Below, piece after piece: positions 55,512 through 64,000 of a stretch of 64,000 nucleotides of DNA. The DNA is from Candidatus Saccharimonadota bacterium (lineage in GTDB: Bacteria > Patescibacteriota > Saccharimonadia > QS-5-54-17): the NCBI GenBank assembly GCA_050486185.1, contig JBJHCT010000001.1:178866-242865 (forward strand), given 5' to 3'. A program made the translations under genes and the position numbers. Below the pieces are notes generated by a model. That model ran no database searches and was not told the origin of the DNA. It saw nothing but the letters and a program-made list of their open reading frames with translations. Numbering within the stretch: position 1 is the stretch's first letter; each line of letters begins with the position of its first letter.

Positions 55512-57281
55512 TTATCCCACTCTACCTAGTAATATGGCTACTTCGCTATCTACTGGCCACGGATTAAATTTACAACCCTGCAAGTCTATAGACTGTTGCA
55601 ACATCACTGGAGCCGGTGCTCCTGGAGTAGGGCAGTTTAGATGACCAAAGCCAAGTAGGTGACCGGCTTCATGATTGACCACCATATGACGGTAATCTCG
55701 CAAATTCCCACCGGCCTCATTCCAAGAAGGTGTAGCATTTCTCCACCTAACATCATTAATAATGACATCTCTACCGACTCGGCAACTATACTCTGCTGAG
55801 CAGAGAGTAGAGAAACTAGTCAGCTGATCAGCTGCTGCCAGCCAGATAGTGAAATCACTCACACCACTATCTACTCTGCGGAATCCTACGTCACTTCTAG
55901 ACCATCCTCGGCTATCACCTAGAGTTTGGGCAACCAATACTGCAAACTCATTAATATCAGCTACTGTATCCCCTCTAGTAGCGATATTGTAGGTCAATAC
56001 TAAGCTAGGACTTTTAATGCAATACTCTATAGAGCCCTCACCTAGTTCTACCTCGTCTGATTTAGCTGATATAGCTAATATGTAGCATTGATCTTCCAAA
56101 AAACTACCATCTACTACCCCTGATAGATTTACACTTAGTCTATCCTCGCTATTGAGGCTATCTAGTTGATTTGTATCTAAGGACATTCTTTCATCTATAC
56201 TTAGTGGCTGTTGATCACTATCGACAACAAGCTCTAAAGATTTAATAGTTGGCCCGCTTTTATGCAGCATAATATCAATACTTAACTCATCTCCAGATGA
56301 AACCTCTACAGAGCTGGTTGAGATCTCTAAATCTAGAGAAGACTCCTGGGGGTAGGCAAAAACTAACAAAGTTTCTGAGCCGACATATGGAGCATATACA
56401 GAAGCAGCCGAGAGACGTAAATCAAAACTATGACCTCTAATGACGTCTAAGATATTGGTGGTAGCAAAATCACTGTGCCACTCAGTAGAGCAATTTATGC
56501 TTCTTGGACAGTTATCACTAACAAATTGATACCCTGCACCCTTACTGGGTAGACCCTCATCAGTTTGAGTAGTAATATCACCACACTCTAGGTAGTTGAT
56601 ACACCACAGCTGATGAGACTCATCTTCATTGATAATATCTACACTACCTCCATCATCGACCCAAACAGCCGCCTTGTCGGCAAAATCACCATAAACCGGT
56701 GTCTCAAGATCTAAATTAGTATTCGCTATATCGATACTAAAGGGGTTTAATCTACTTAAGAGTGATGGCTTTTTAATAAACTTGGGAGACTTAGAGCTAG
56801 TAATGTCTTGGTTTAGATTTGGTACTCCTAATCTTACGTATTCTGCCCTAGCGCCGCTGTAGCGATATTGATCTGACAGTAAGTCTATAGTTTCATCAAT
56901 ATCACTACTACAAGCATGCTCACCACCGGTAGCTATATAAGTTGGCTCTTCTTCGATAGTCAGAGGCTTGTTAATATCATCTGCTTTGCCGTAAAGACTG
57001 AAGCTTCTAACTTGGTAATGCATTCCCTCTTGATTCCAGATCTCTGAGTCACTCTCATCATTACTACCATCGCTACTTTCTTCACCACCATCCCAGGAAG
57101 CGACTACATCACCATAGGAGACCTGGCACTGAGAATAATTAACATCAGCTATTACTGGATAACTAAACCACCAATAACCCCAAGAGGCTGTAGCTACTGC
57201 CAAGATACTCACAAGAGATATCAGTAGAGTCTTTGGTGAAGTTACTAGTTGCTTCATCCAAGCTCGGATTAATTTCATCAA
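55512..57281 (-). CDS. membrane-anchored metzincin-motif protein (DUF3152-like C-terminal domain)
   Basis: N-terminal TM helix. C-terminal CRVGRDVIINDVRWRN...YRHMVVNHEAGHLLGFGH (HExxHxxGxxH)...APAPVMLQQS, as I recall for actinobacterial DUF3152. Confidence 0.65.
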   Translation of the reverse strand: MMKLIRAWMKQLVTSPKTLLISLVSILAVATASWGYWWFSYPVIADVNYSQCQVSYGDVVASWDGGEESSDGSNDESDSEIWNQEGMHYQVRSFSLYGKADDINKPLTIEEEPTYIATGGEHACSSDIDETIDLLSDQYRYSGARAEYVRLGVPNLNQDITSSKSPKFIKKPSLLSRLNPFSIDIANTNLDLETPVYGDFADKAAVWVDDGGSVDIINEDESHQLWCINYLECGDITTQTDEGLPSKGAGYQFVSDNCPRSINCSTEWHSDFATTNILDVIRGHSFDLRLSAASVYAPYVGSETLLVFAYPQESSLDLEISTSSVEVSSGDELSIDIMLHKSGPTIKSLELVVDSDQQPLSIDERMSLDTNQLDSLNSEDRLSVNLSGVVDGSFLEDQCYILAISAKSDEVELGEGSIEYCIKSPSLVLTYNIATRGDTVADINEFAVLVAQTLGDSRGWSRSDVGFRRVDSGVSDFTIWLAAADQLTSFSTLCSAEYSCRVGRDVIINDVRWRNATPSWNEAGGNLRDYRHMVVNHEAGHLLGFGHLNCPTPGAPAPVMLQQSIDLQGCKFNPWPVDSEVAILLGRVG

Positions 57282-57288
57282 TTAACTC

Positions 57289-57555
57289 CTAAATATTGGT
57301 AGCGTCTAACACTATACCTATTGGTGCTACTAGACTCAAAATAGCAGCTATCAGTAAAATTGCGTACTCTATCTTGCGGTCTATCTGGAAATGATCGTGT
57401 GAGGCGAAAATAAGTCCTAGTATTAGACCTACGGGTACGGGTAGGTTTATAAACCCTACCTTTAGCCAGATAGCTCCCACCAAGAAATACATCAAGATTT
57501 TAAGAAAATACAGACTATCAGGCTCTTGTTTGTTTGTTTGTTTACTCTTAACCAT
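57289..57555 (-). CDS. small membrane protein (3 predicted TM helices)
   Basis: 88-aa hydrophobic ORF ending 7 nt before the metzincin-like gene. Confidence 0.45.
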   Translation of the reverse strand: MVKSKQTNKQEPDSLYFLKILMYFLVGAIWLKVGFINLPVPVGLILGLIFASHDHFQIDRKIEYAILLIAAILSLVAPIGIVLDATNI

Positions 57556-57594
57556 TAGCTATATATTACTGTTAATCTCTGCTACGTGCAAATT

Positions 57595-57629
57595 AAAAAC
57601 CCTTGAGCGAATAACGTCCAAGGGTTTTT
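57595..57629 (-). terminator. rho-independent (bidirectional) terminator directly after rpsJ
   Basis: aaaaacccttg-(13 nt)-caagggttttt. On the minus strand the stem is followed by TTTTT. Confidence 0.65.
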
Positions 57630-57658
57630 ATAAGTAGTTAGGTTAGCTAAATCTACAT

Positions 57659-57985
57659 CTACATCTTGATTTCTGTATCTACACCGCTAGGTAGATTCAG
57701 ATTCATCAAAGAGTCAATCGTCTTATTAGTAGGCTCACTAATATCAATTAATCGCTTATGAACTCGCATCTCAAACTGTTCACGAGAAGATTTGTAGATA
57801 TGTGGACTCTTAACTACTGTGTAACTACTTCTATCGGTCGGTAGTGGAATGGGGCCAGCAACCTTCGCACCAGTTCTAAGAGCTGTTTCGATAATCTGTT
57901 TAGCTGATTGATCTATCAGCTTATGATCATAGGCCTTAAGTCTGATACGAATACGTTGCTTAGTGGGTGCTTCGGAAGTAGCCAT
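57659..57985 (-). CDS. rpsJ: 30S ribosomal protein S10
   Basis: [21 protein letters not shown]...GPIPLPT...HKRLIDI. Confidence 0.95.
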   Translation of the reverse strand: MATSEAPTKQRIRIRLKAYDHKLIDQSAKQIIETALRTGAKVAGPIPLPTDRSSYTVVKSPHIYKSSREQFEMRVHKRLIDISEPTNKTIDSLMNLNLPSGVDTEIKM

Positions 57986-59166
57986 TATTTATTGATTTTG
58001 GTTACTACACCAGCACCAACGGTCTTACCACCTTCACGAATAGCGAAGCGCAAGCCCTCTTCCATGGCGATTGGCTGAATTAGTTTAACTTTGAAAGTCA
58101 CATTATCACCTGGCATGACCATCTCGGCGCCTTCTGGTAGTTCTACCTCACCAGTTACGTCAGTGGTTCTGAAGTAAAACTGTGGCTTATATCCCTTAAA
58201 GAATGGGGTGTGTCGTCCACCTTCCTCTTTGTTTAGAATGTAAACTTCTGCATCAAATTCTGTGTGTGGAGTGATAGTTCCTGGCTTAGCTAGTACCTGT
58301 CCGCGCTCGATATCTTCACGCTCAATACCTCGAAGCAAGATACCAACGTTATCACCGGCCTGACCGCTATCTAGGTTCTTGTTGAACATCTCAACACCGG
58401 TAACGATCGATTTAGTAGTGTCTTTAAGTCCGACGATCTCTATCTCGTCGTTAACATTAACTACACCTTGTTCAATTCTACCGGTAGCTACAGTACCACG
58501 TCCTTTAATAGAGAAAACGTCCTCTACTGGCATCAAGAAGTCTTTGTCGATTTCACGCTTTGGCTCTTCGAAGTACTCATCCATAGCTTTAACTAGCTCC
58601 ATGATTGAGTCTTGGTGTTCAGCTTCACCCTCGATAGCCTTAAGAGCGGAACCCTTAATGATCGGAGCTTCTGCATCAAACTCGTACTTCTCTAGAAGTT
58701 CACGAACTTCCATCTCAACTAGTTCAATTAGATCTGGGTCGGCTAGATCGGTCTTGTTTAGATAAACAATAATACTTGGTACACCTACCTGACGAGCAAG
58801 CAAAACGTGCTCTCTAGTTTGTGGCATAGGGCCATCAGCAGCAGATACTACCAAAATAGCACCATCAACCTGAGCAGCACCGGTAATCATGTTTTTAACG
58901 TAGTCGGCGTGTCCTGGCATGTCGACGTGGGCGTAGTGTCTGTTCTCCGACTCGTACTCTAGGTGGGTTGTAGAGATGGTAATACCACGCTCTTTCTCCT
59001 CTGGTGCCTTGTCGATCGCTTCATAGGCAGTAGCTTTGTTAATTTCGCTAGGAACCTTTTCAGCTAGTACTGCAGTAATAGCAGCACTCAAAGTAGTTTT
59101 ACCGTGGTCCACGTGGCCCATAGTACCTACATTAATGTGTGTCTTGTCTCTTTTAAAATCAGCCAT
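57985..59166 (-). CDS. tuf: elongation factor Tu
   Basis: [18 protein letters not shown] and NKTD GTPase motifs. 393 aa. Confidence 0.97.
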   Translation of the reverse strand: MADFKRDKTHINVGTMGHVDHGKTTLSAAITAVLAEKVPSEINKATAYEAIDKAPEEKERGITISTTHLEYESENRHYAHVDMPGHADYVKNMITGAAQVDGAILVVSAADGPMPQTREHVLLARQVGVPSIIVYLNKTDLADPDLIELVEMEVRELLEKYEFDAEAPIIKGSALKAIEGEAEHQDSIMELVKAMDEYFEEPKREIDKDFLMPVEDVFSIKGRGTVATGRIEQGVVNVNDEIEIVGLKDTTKSIVTGVEMFNKNLDSGQAGDNVGILLRGIEREDIERGQVLAKPGTITPHTEFDAEVYILNKEEGGRHTPFFKGYKPQFYFRTTDVTGEVELPEGAEMVMPGDNVTFKVKLIQPIAMEEGLRFAIREGGKTVGAGVVTKINK

Positions 59167-59275
59167 ATTTAATACTCCTTATTGGATTTTAATTGATATA
59201 GTAATATTTTTGCTAAATATTTGCATGCGAAATACGCACACGATTTATCATCAGTTTAGAATTATACTTTAGCCC

Positions 59276-59295
59276 CAGGGGTTTGTAAACCCCTG
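59276..59295. repeat. 18-nt palindromic motif aggggtttgtaaacccct (copy 2, extended to 20 nt by c/g)
   Basis: Identical to 41981-41998. It abuts the fusA stop codon (59296-59298). Confidence 0.7.
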
Positions 59296-61377
59296 CTACT
59301 CCCCTGTTTGTACGCCAATGATTTCATCGGCAATATTCCTAGGTACTGGCTCGTAACGATCAAGCTCCATAGAGCTAGCAGCTCTTCCTTGGGTCATCGA
59401 TCGAAGATCTGTAGTGTAGCCAAACATCTCAGCTAGAGGTACGAAGGCATCGATGATTTTAGAGTTAGATCGATCTTCCATCTTCTCGACTCTACCTCTT
59501 CTAGAGTTAATGTCACCCATAACTTCACCCATGAAGTCTTCTGGAGTAATTACCTCTACTCGCATGACCGGCTCAAGCAGTACTGGTGCAGCTCTCTTAA
59601 CAGCGCTTTGAATAGCCATAGAACCGGCGATCTTGAAGGCTACTTCTGAGGAGTCGACGTCATGGTATGAACCATCGTGTAACTTCACAGCTACATCTAT
59701 AACTGGATATCCAGCGATAATACCGCTAGCTAGAGCCTCTTTAATGCCCTCTTCTACTGGCTTGATGTACTCTTTAGGAATAGATCCACCAACTATAGCG
59801 TTCTCAAACTCAAAACCTTCACCACGTTCTCTTGGCTCAACATCGATAATGACATGTCCATATTGACCGCGACCACCAGTTTGGCGGATAAACTTAGCCT
59901 CAACGTCTTTAACCGGTTTCGTGATAGCTTCACGATAAGCAACTTGCGGCTTACCAACGTCAGCTTCAACCTTGAACTCTCGCTTCATCCTATCGACGAT
60001 AATGTCTAGATGTAGCTCACCCATACCGGCTACGATAGTCTGACCTGTCTCATCATTTGTAGAGACTTGGAAAGTTGGGTCTTCTTCGGCTAGTTTCTGT
60101 AAAGCTATAGACATCTTCTCCTGATCGGCCTTAGTTTTAGGTTCAATCGCTACAGCTACAGGAGGTTCTGGGAAAACTATATTCTCTAACATAATTGGAT
60201 TCTTCTCATCACACAAAGTATCTCCAGTAGTAGTGTCTTTAAGACCTACAGCAGCAGCTATATCGCCGGTAAAGACCTTATCAACATCCTCTCTAGAGTT
60301 AGCGTGCAATCTAACGATTCTACCTAAACGCTCCTTAGTACCGGTATTGGAGTTAAGTGCATACGACCCAGCTTCAACTGTACCTGAATAGACTCTGAAG
60401 AAGGTCAGCTTACCGACATATGGATCAGTAGCGACTTTAAAGGCTAGGGCCGAAAATGGCTCCTCATCAGATACTTTTCTACTAGCAGGCTCACCGCTAC
60501 TAGGGTCTTCACCCTCTATGGCTGGAACGTCTAATGGTGAAGGTAGGAAATCAACAGCAGCATCTAATAATTTCTCAACAATAACACCGCGTCCATCACC
60601 ACCACTAACGACAAAAAACTTACCGGTTAAAACAGCGGCTCTAACGGCCCTTTTAATCTCATCAACACTTAACTCACCCGCCTCTAGATACTTCTCTAAT
60701 AATTCATCGTCATGCTCTAAAGCTGCTTCAATTAGCTGTTCGCGGTAGGTTTGGCATTTCTCCACCATATCTTCTGGTACATCACCGACCGTAAGCTCTT
60801 TGTCGGTAAAATCACTGTAACTGTAGGCTTTCATCTCTATTAGATCGACTATACCGTTGATAGCTTGCTCAAAACCTATAGGTAGATGGATCGGGTAGGC
60901 GTGTTTGCCTAGACGTTCATGGATAGTATCTAAACTAGAGTAGAAATCTCCACCGGTTTGGTTGATTTTGTTGATAAAGCAGATTCTAGGTACACGGTAT
61001 TTATCGGCCTGACGCCAAACAGTTTCAGACTGTGGCTCTACACCCATCTTGCCGTCAAATATAACTAATGCTCCGTCTAGCACTCTAAGGGATCTCTCTA
61101 CCTCAACTGTAAAGTCGATGTGACCTGGAGTATCGATAATGTTGATGCGGTGCTCGTTCCAAAAACAGGTAGTAGCAGCCGAAGTAATAGTAATGCCTCG
61201 CTCTCTTTCCTGCTCCATCCAATCCATAGTAGCTTCACCTTCATGAACTGCACCAATCTTGTGCGTTAAGCCAGTTCGATACAGTATACCTTCAGTAACG
61301 GTCGTTTTACCGGCATCGATGTGAGCGATGGTTCCTACGTTTCTAGTATTTTCCAGTGAGTATTCTCGATTAGACAT
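59296..61377 (-). CDS. fusA: elongation factor G
   Basis: [17 protein letters not shown] and NKIN motifs. 693 aa. Confidence 0.97.
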   Translation of the reverse strand: MSNREYSLENTRNVGTIAHIDAGKTTVTEGILYRTGLTHKIGAVHEGEATMDWMEQERERGITITSAATTCFWNEHRINIIDTPGHIDFTVEVERSLRVLDGALVIFDGKMGVEPQSETVWRQADKYRVPRICFINKINQTGGDFYSSLDTIHERLGKHAYPIHLPIGFEQAINGIVDLIEMKAYSYSDFTDKELTVGDVPEDMVEKCQTYREQLIEAALEHDDELLEKYLEAGELSVDEIKRAVRAAVLTGKFFVVSGGDGRGVIVEKLLDAAVDFLPSPLDVPAIEGEDPSSGEPASRKVSDEEPFSALAFKVATDPYVGKLTFFRVYSGTVEAGSYALNSNTGTKERLGRIVRLHANSREDVDKVFTGDIAAAVGLKDTTTGDTLCDEKNPIMLENIVFPEPPVAVAIEPKTKADQEKMSIALQKLAEEDPTFQVSTNDETGQTIVAGMGELHLDIIVDRMKREFKVEADVGKPQVAYREAITKPVKDVEAKFIRQTGGRGQYGHVIIDVEPRERGEGFEFENAIVGGSIPKEYIKPVEEGIKEALASGIIAGYPVIDVAVKLHDGSYHDVDSSEVAFKIAGSMAIQSAVKRAAPVLLEPVMRVEVITPEDFMGEVMGDINSRRGRVEKMEDRSNSKIIDAFVPLAEMFGYTTDLRSMTQGRAASSMELDRYEPVPRNIADEIIGVQTGE

Positions 61378-61412
61378 TTTCTATTCCCTAACTTATTTAA
61401 GTTTTTAGTTAT

Positions 61413-61889
61413 TTAAAATCTAGCTAGATGCGCAAAGGCACGGTTAGCTTCAGCCATCTTGTGAGCATCTTCTTTTTTCTTAAAGGTTTCGCCGGCGTTA
61501 TTGTAAGCATCGATAATCTCATCAGCTAGAATCAGATACATCGGCTTACCGCTGCGCTTGCGAGTAGCTTGAACCATCCACATCATAGCTAGGTGAACCT
61601 GTCGGCTACCTTTAACTTCGAAAGGTATCTGGTAGTTAGCACCACCAATACGTCGACCCTTGACCTCTAGTTGTGGGTAGACATTACGCATAGCTGTTTC
61701 AAAAACATCCAAAGCTGGCTGTTTGGTGCGTTTTTCTACTTCTTCTAAAGCAGCATAAACTATACCTTCAGCTTTAAGTTTTTTACCGTCTTTCATCACC
61801 TTATTGATGAAGCGCTGGACTAATACGCTATTATACCTGCGATCTGGCTGAATTTTACGTTGTAGTGATTTAGTCTTTTTTCTTGGCAT
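61413..61889 (-). CDS. rpsG: 30S ribosomal protein S7
   Basis: PDRRYNSVLVQRFINKVM...ANRAFAHLARF. Confidence 0.95.
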   Translation of the reverse strand: MPRKKTKSLQRKIQPDRRYNSVLVQRFINKVMKDGKKLKAEGIVYAALEEVEKRTKQPALDVFETAMRNVYPQLEVKGRRIGGANYQIPFEVKGSRQVHLAMMWMVQATRKRSGKPMYLILADEIIDAYNNAGETFKKKEDAHKMAEANRAFAHLARF

Positions 61890-61912
61890 CTTAGTTTATC
61901 TCCTGCTTGTTT

Positions 61913-62320
61913 CTAGCTCTTCTTAGTTCCGTATTTACTTCTACTAGTGGTACGCTCACTGACTCCACCGGTATCGAAGCTACCACGTACGATGTGATAT
62001 CTCACACCTGGTAAGTCTTTGACTCTTCCACCTCTAACTAAAACTACTGAGTGCTCTTGTAAGTTGTGGCCTTCACCAGGTATATAGGCGGTAATCTCTT
62101 TACCGTTAGTTAGTCTCACACGAGCGATTTTTCGCAAAGCTGAGTTAGGTTTCTTAGGAGTCTGAGTAGTGACACGTAAACATACACCTCTCTTGAATGG
62201 AGATGGCTTGGTGTAGTTTTTGTTAGCCAACTGGTTGTTGACATGGTGCAAGGCGGCCGACTTTGACTTCGACTTAGTGCTCTTGCGTGGTTTGGAAATT
62301 AATTGGTTAATCGTTGGCAC
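61913..62320 (-). CDS. rpsL: 30S ribosomal protein S12
   Basis: MPTINQLI...[10 protein letters not shown]...[13 protein letters not shown]. Confidence 0.97.
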   Translation of the reverse strand: MPTINQLISKPRKSTKSKSKSAALHHVNNQLANKNYTKPSPFKRGVCLRVTTQTPKKPNSALRKIARVRLTNGKEITAYIPGEGHNLQEHSVVLVRGGRVKDLPGVRYHIVRGSFDTGGVSERTTSRSKYGTKKS

Positions 62321-62371
62321 TTTATAGTGTCTCCTCTTTTAGAACCAGATTGTAGCTTAGCAGATGACGCA

Positions 62372-64000
62372 TTAGGCTTCAACCCCTTGAGTCTCTAAAT
62401 CAGCTACTGGGTCAGCCTCTTCAGCCTCTACTTCTGGAACATATCCAGTACCAACCGGTATCTTACGACCAATGATGACGTTTTCTTTTAGACCGTACAG
62501 TCTATCGGTGCTACCAGATGTAGCAGCGTTAATTAAGACTCTAGTAGTGTCCTGGAAGGAAGCCGCAGATAGCCATGAGTCGGTGCTCAATGAGGCTTTA
62601 GATATACCTAGTAATAGTTGTTTGTAGGTAATTGGCTGTTTGCCATCTTGACTGAGTTTTTGGTTCTCTTCAATCACAGTAGATCTAGCTACAACATCAC
62701 CGGATACAAATAGACTATCCCCTGAATCCTCTACTTGGACTCTTGATGTCATCTGTCTGATGATAGTCTCAAGGTGCTTATCTGAAATACCTGCACCCTG
62801 CAGAGTGAACACCTTTTGTACTTCGTTCATGACGTGACGCTGTACTTCAGAGGTACCGGTTAGCTTCAATAGATCTTGTAAGTTGACTGAGCCCACTATT
62901 AGTTGTTGACCGGCAGTAACTTTATCACCGTCTTTTACTAACAAGCTCTTGTATCTAGGGATGGTATATTCAGTGGCGCCAACTTTTTCGCCTTTAATCA
63001 CCACCTTGGTCTTAAGCACTTTAGCTATACCCTTGATAGTGGATGTAACGGTCTTCTTGTAGTCTGGGGAAGCTACTACTACATCACCGGCTTCAACTTC
63101 CTGGCCATCCTTGACCATAGCTATCATACCTTTAAGTGGATGTGAGCTAGTAGCATCACCTTCAGGAGAGATTCTCACTTTGTAGTGGTTTTCTTTCTCG
63201 CTTATATGTACAGTACCGCCGATATCAGCAATTTGCGCTAGACCTTTTGGATTTCTAGCTTCAAACAGCTCTTCAACTCTAGGTAGTCCCTGAGTAATGT
63301 CATCTCCGGCTGCACCACCACCGTGGAAAGTTCGAAGTGTTAGCTGTGTACCAGGCTCACCGATAGCTTGAGCTGCCATAACACCTACGGGTACACGTAA
63401 GCCCACCATCTGACCGGTAGATAGGTCTACACCGTAACAGTCACGGCAAACACCACGCACCGATTGACAGGTTAGTAAGCTGCGTATTTTAACTTGATCG
63501 ATATCGCTTGCAACTATTTCAGCAGCTGCTTCTTTACTAATTAGTTCACCGGCTTTAACGAACTTGCCGATATTCTCAGCAGCGATTCTGCCGGCTAACC
63601 TGTAAGCTAGGTCGCCACCAATCTCCTCAGTCTCATGACGATCAATGATGATACCATCTCTATCGCCACAATCATCTTCGATAGTAAAGGCGTCTTGCGC
63701 TACATCAACTAATCTCCTAGTCAAATACCCTGAGTCGGCAGTCTTTAGAGCGGTGTCGACTAGTCCTTTTCGTGAACCCCTAGCATCGATAAAGTACTCA
63801 ACGCTAGTTAGACCCTCTTTGTAGTTACTCTTGATTGGCAGCTCAATGATATTACCGTAAACATCCTGTCTTAGACCGATCATACCGATGATCTGTGACA
63901 CGGCACTAAGTTTAGCTCTAGCCTTAGAAACTACAGTAATAGTTGTAGAGTTGTTTTGCTCAGCAAAGCTGCTTTCTACGGCACCTTGAAGTTTTTCGTT
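62372..64000 (-). CDS. rpoC: DNA-directed RNA polymerase subunit beta-prime, C-terminal part (continues beyond window)
   Basis: SQIIGMIGLRQD...GYLTRRLVDVAQD...GEPGTQLTLRTFHGGG. By hand translation the frame stays open upstream of 63901 to the window edge. Confidence 0.95.
   Translation of the reverse strand, partial: NEKLQGAVESSFAEQNNSTTITVVSKARAKLSAVSQIIGMIGLRQDVYGNIIELPIKSNYKEGLTSVEYFIDARGSRKGLVDTALKTADSGYLTRRLVDVAQDAFTIEDDCGDRDGIIIDRHETEEIGGDLAYRLAGRIAAENIGKFVKAGELISKEAAAEIVASDIDQVKIRSLLTCQSVRGVCRDCYGVDLSTGQMVGLRVPVGVMAAQAIGEPGTQLTLRTFHGGGAAGDDITQGLPRVEELFEARNPKGLAQIADIGGTVHISEKENHYKVRISPEGDATSSHPLKGMIAMVKDGQEVEAGDVVVASPDYKKTVTSTIKGIAKVLKTKVVIKGEKVGATEYTIPRYKSLLVKDGDKVTAGQQLIVGSVNLQDLLKLTGTSEVQRHVMNEVQKVFTLQGAGISDKHLETIIRQMTSRVQVEDSGDSLFVSGDVVARSTVIEENQKLSQDGKQPITYKQLLLGISKASLSTDSWLSAASFQDTTRVLINAATSGSTDRLYGLKENVIIGRKIPVGTGYVPEVEAEEADPVADLETQGVEA

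Noticed and set aside
52445-57658. Intact or remnant prophage explaining the fibre-like genes
   Set aside because: No capsid, portal, terminase, tape-measure, integrase, lysis or repressor genes are seen anywhere in the 64 kb. The fibre-like genes are scattered singly among core genes rather than clustered.
1-64000. CRISPR arrays, rRNA genes, transposases/IS elements
   Set aside because: I saw no regularly spaced direct repeats, no rRNA-like conserved stretches, and no DDE/serine/tyrosine recombinase-like ORFs in any frame.

Overview
The window is mostly minus-strand core information-processing genes from a small, low-GC bacterial genome. By eye it is about 35-45% GC. Gene content and order suggest a CPR/Patescibacteria, possibly Saccharibacteria-like, organism; this is inference only.

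Core genes present:
- cysS, recR, ybaB, dnaB and dnaX.
- rplJ-rplL.
- A dcd-like/tmk/thyX-like operon.
- secE-nusG-rplK-rplA.
- Five tRNAs: Gln, Trp, Thr, Thr and Tyr.
- An almost complete S10-spc-alpha ribosomal superoperon from rpsJ to rpsI. L30, adk and map are missing from it.
- tuf, fusA, rpsG, rpsL and the 3' part of rpoC.

The conserved backbone is interrupted repeatedly by phage tail-fibre-like genes. No capsid, terminase, portal or integrase gene accompanies them.

1. Five dispersed paralogs (P1-P5) share a near-identical promoter and a 5' module of about 225 nt. This module encodes an Mtd-N/tail-fibre-like N-terminus. It is fused to unrelated C-terminal domains.
2. One paralog, P2, switches in frame into a 1.4-kb block of about 65-68% GC. 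The block also carries a glycine-rich tail-protein-like gene.
3. A 5.2-kb cassette sits between rpsJ and rplC. It holds three tail-fibre-like genes, a membrane-anchored metzincin-motif protein and a small membrane protein.
4. A tail-collar domain protein lies next to cysS.

Other accessory features:
- An HNH endonuclease inside a tRNA cluster.
- An HTH/LAGLIDADG-like ORF overlapping tRNA-Trp.
- Two PD-(D/E)XK nuclease-like genes beside tRNA-Gln, with truncated neighbouring genes.
- A GC-rich perfect hairpin.
- An 18-nt palindrome present twice.

I saw no CRISPR array, rRNA gene, reverse transcriptase or transposase.
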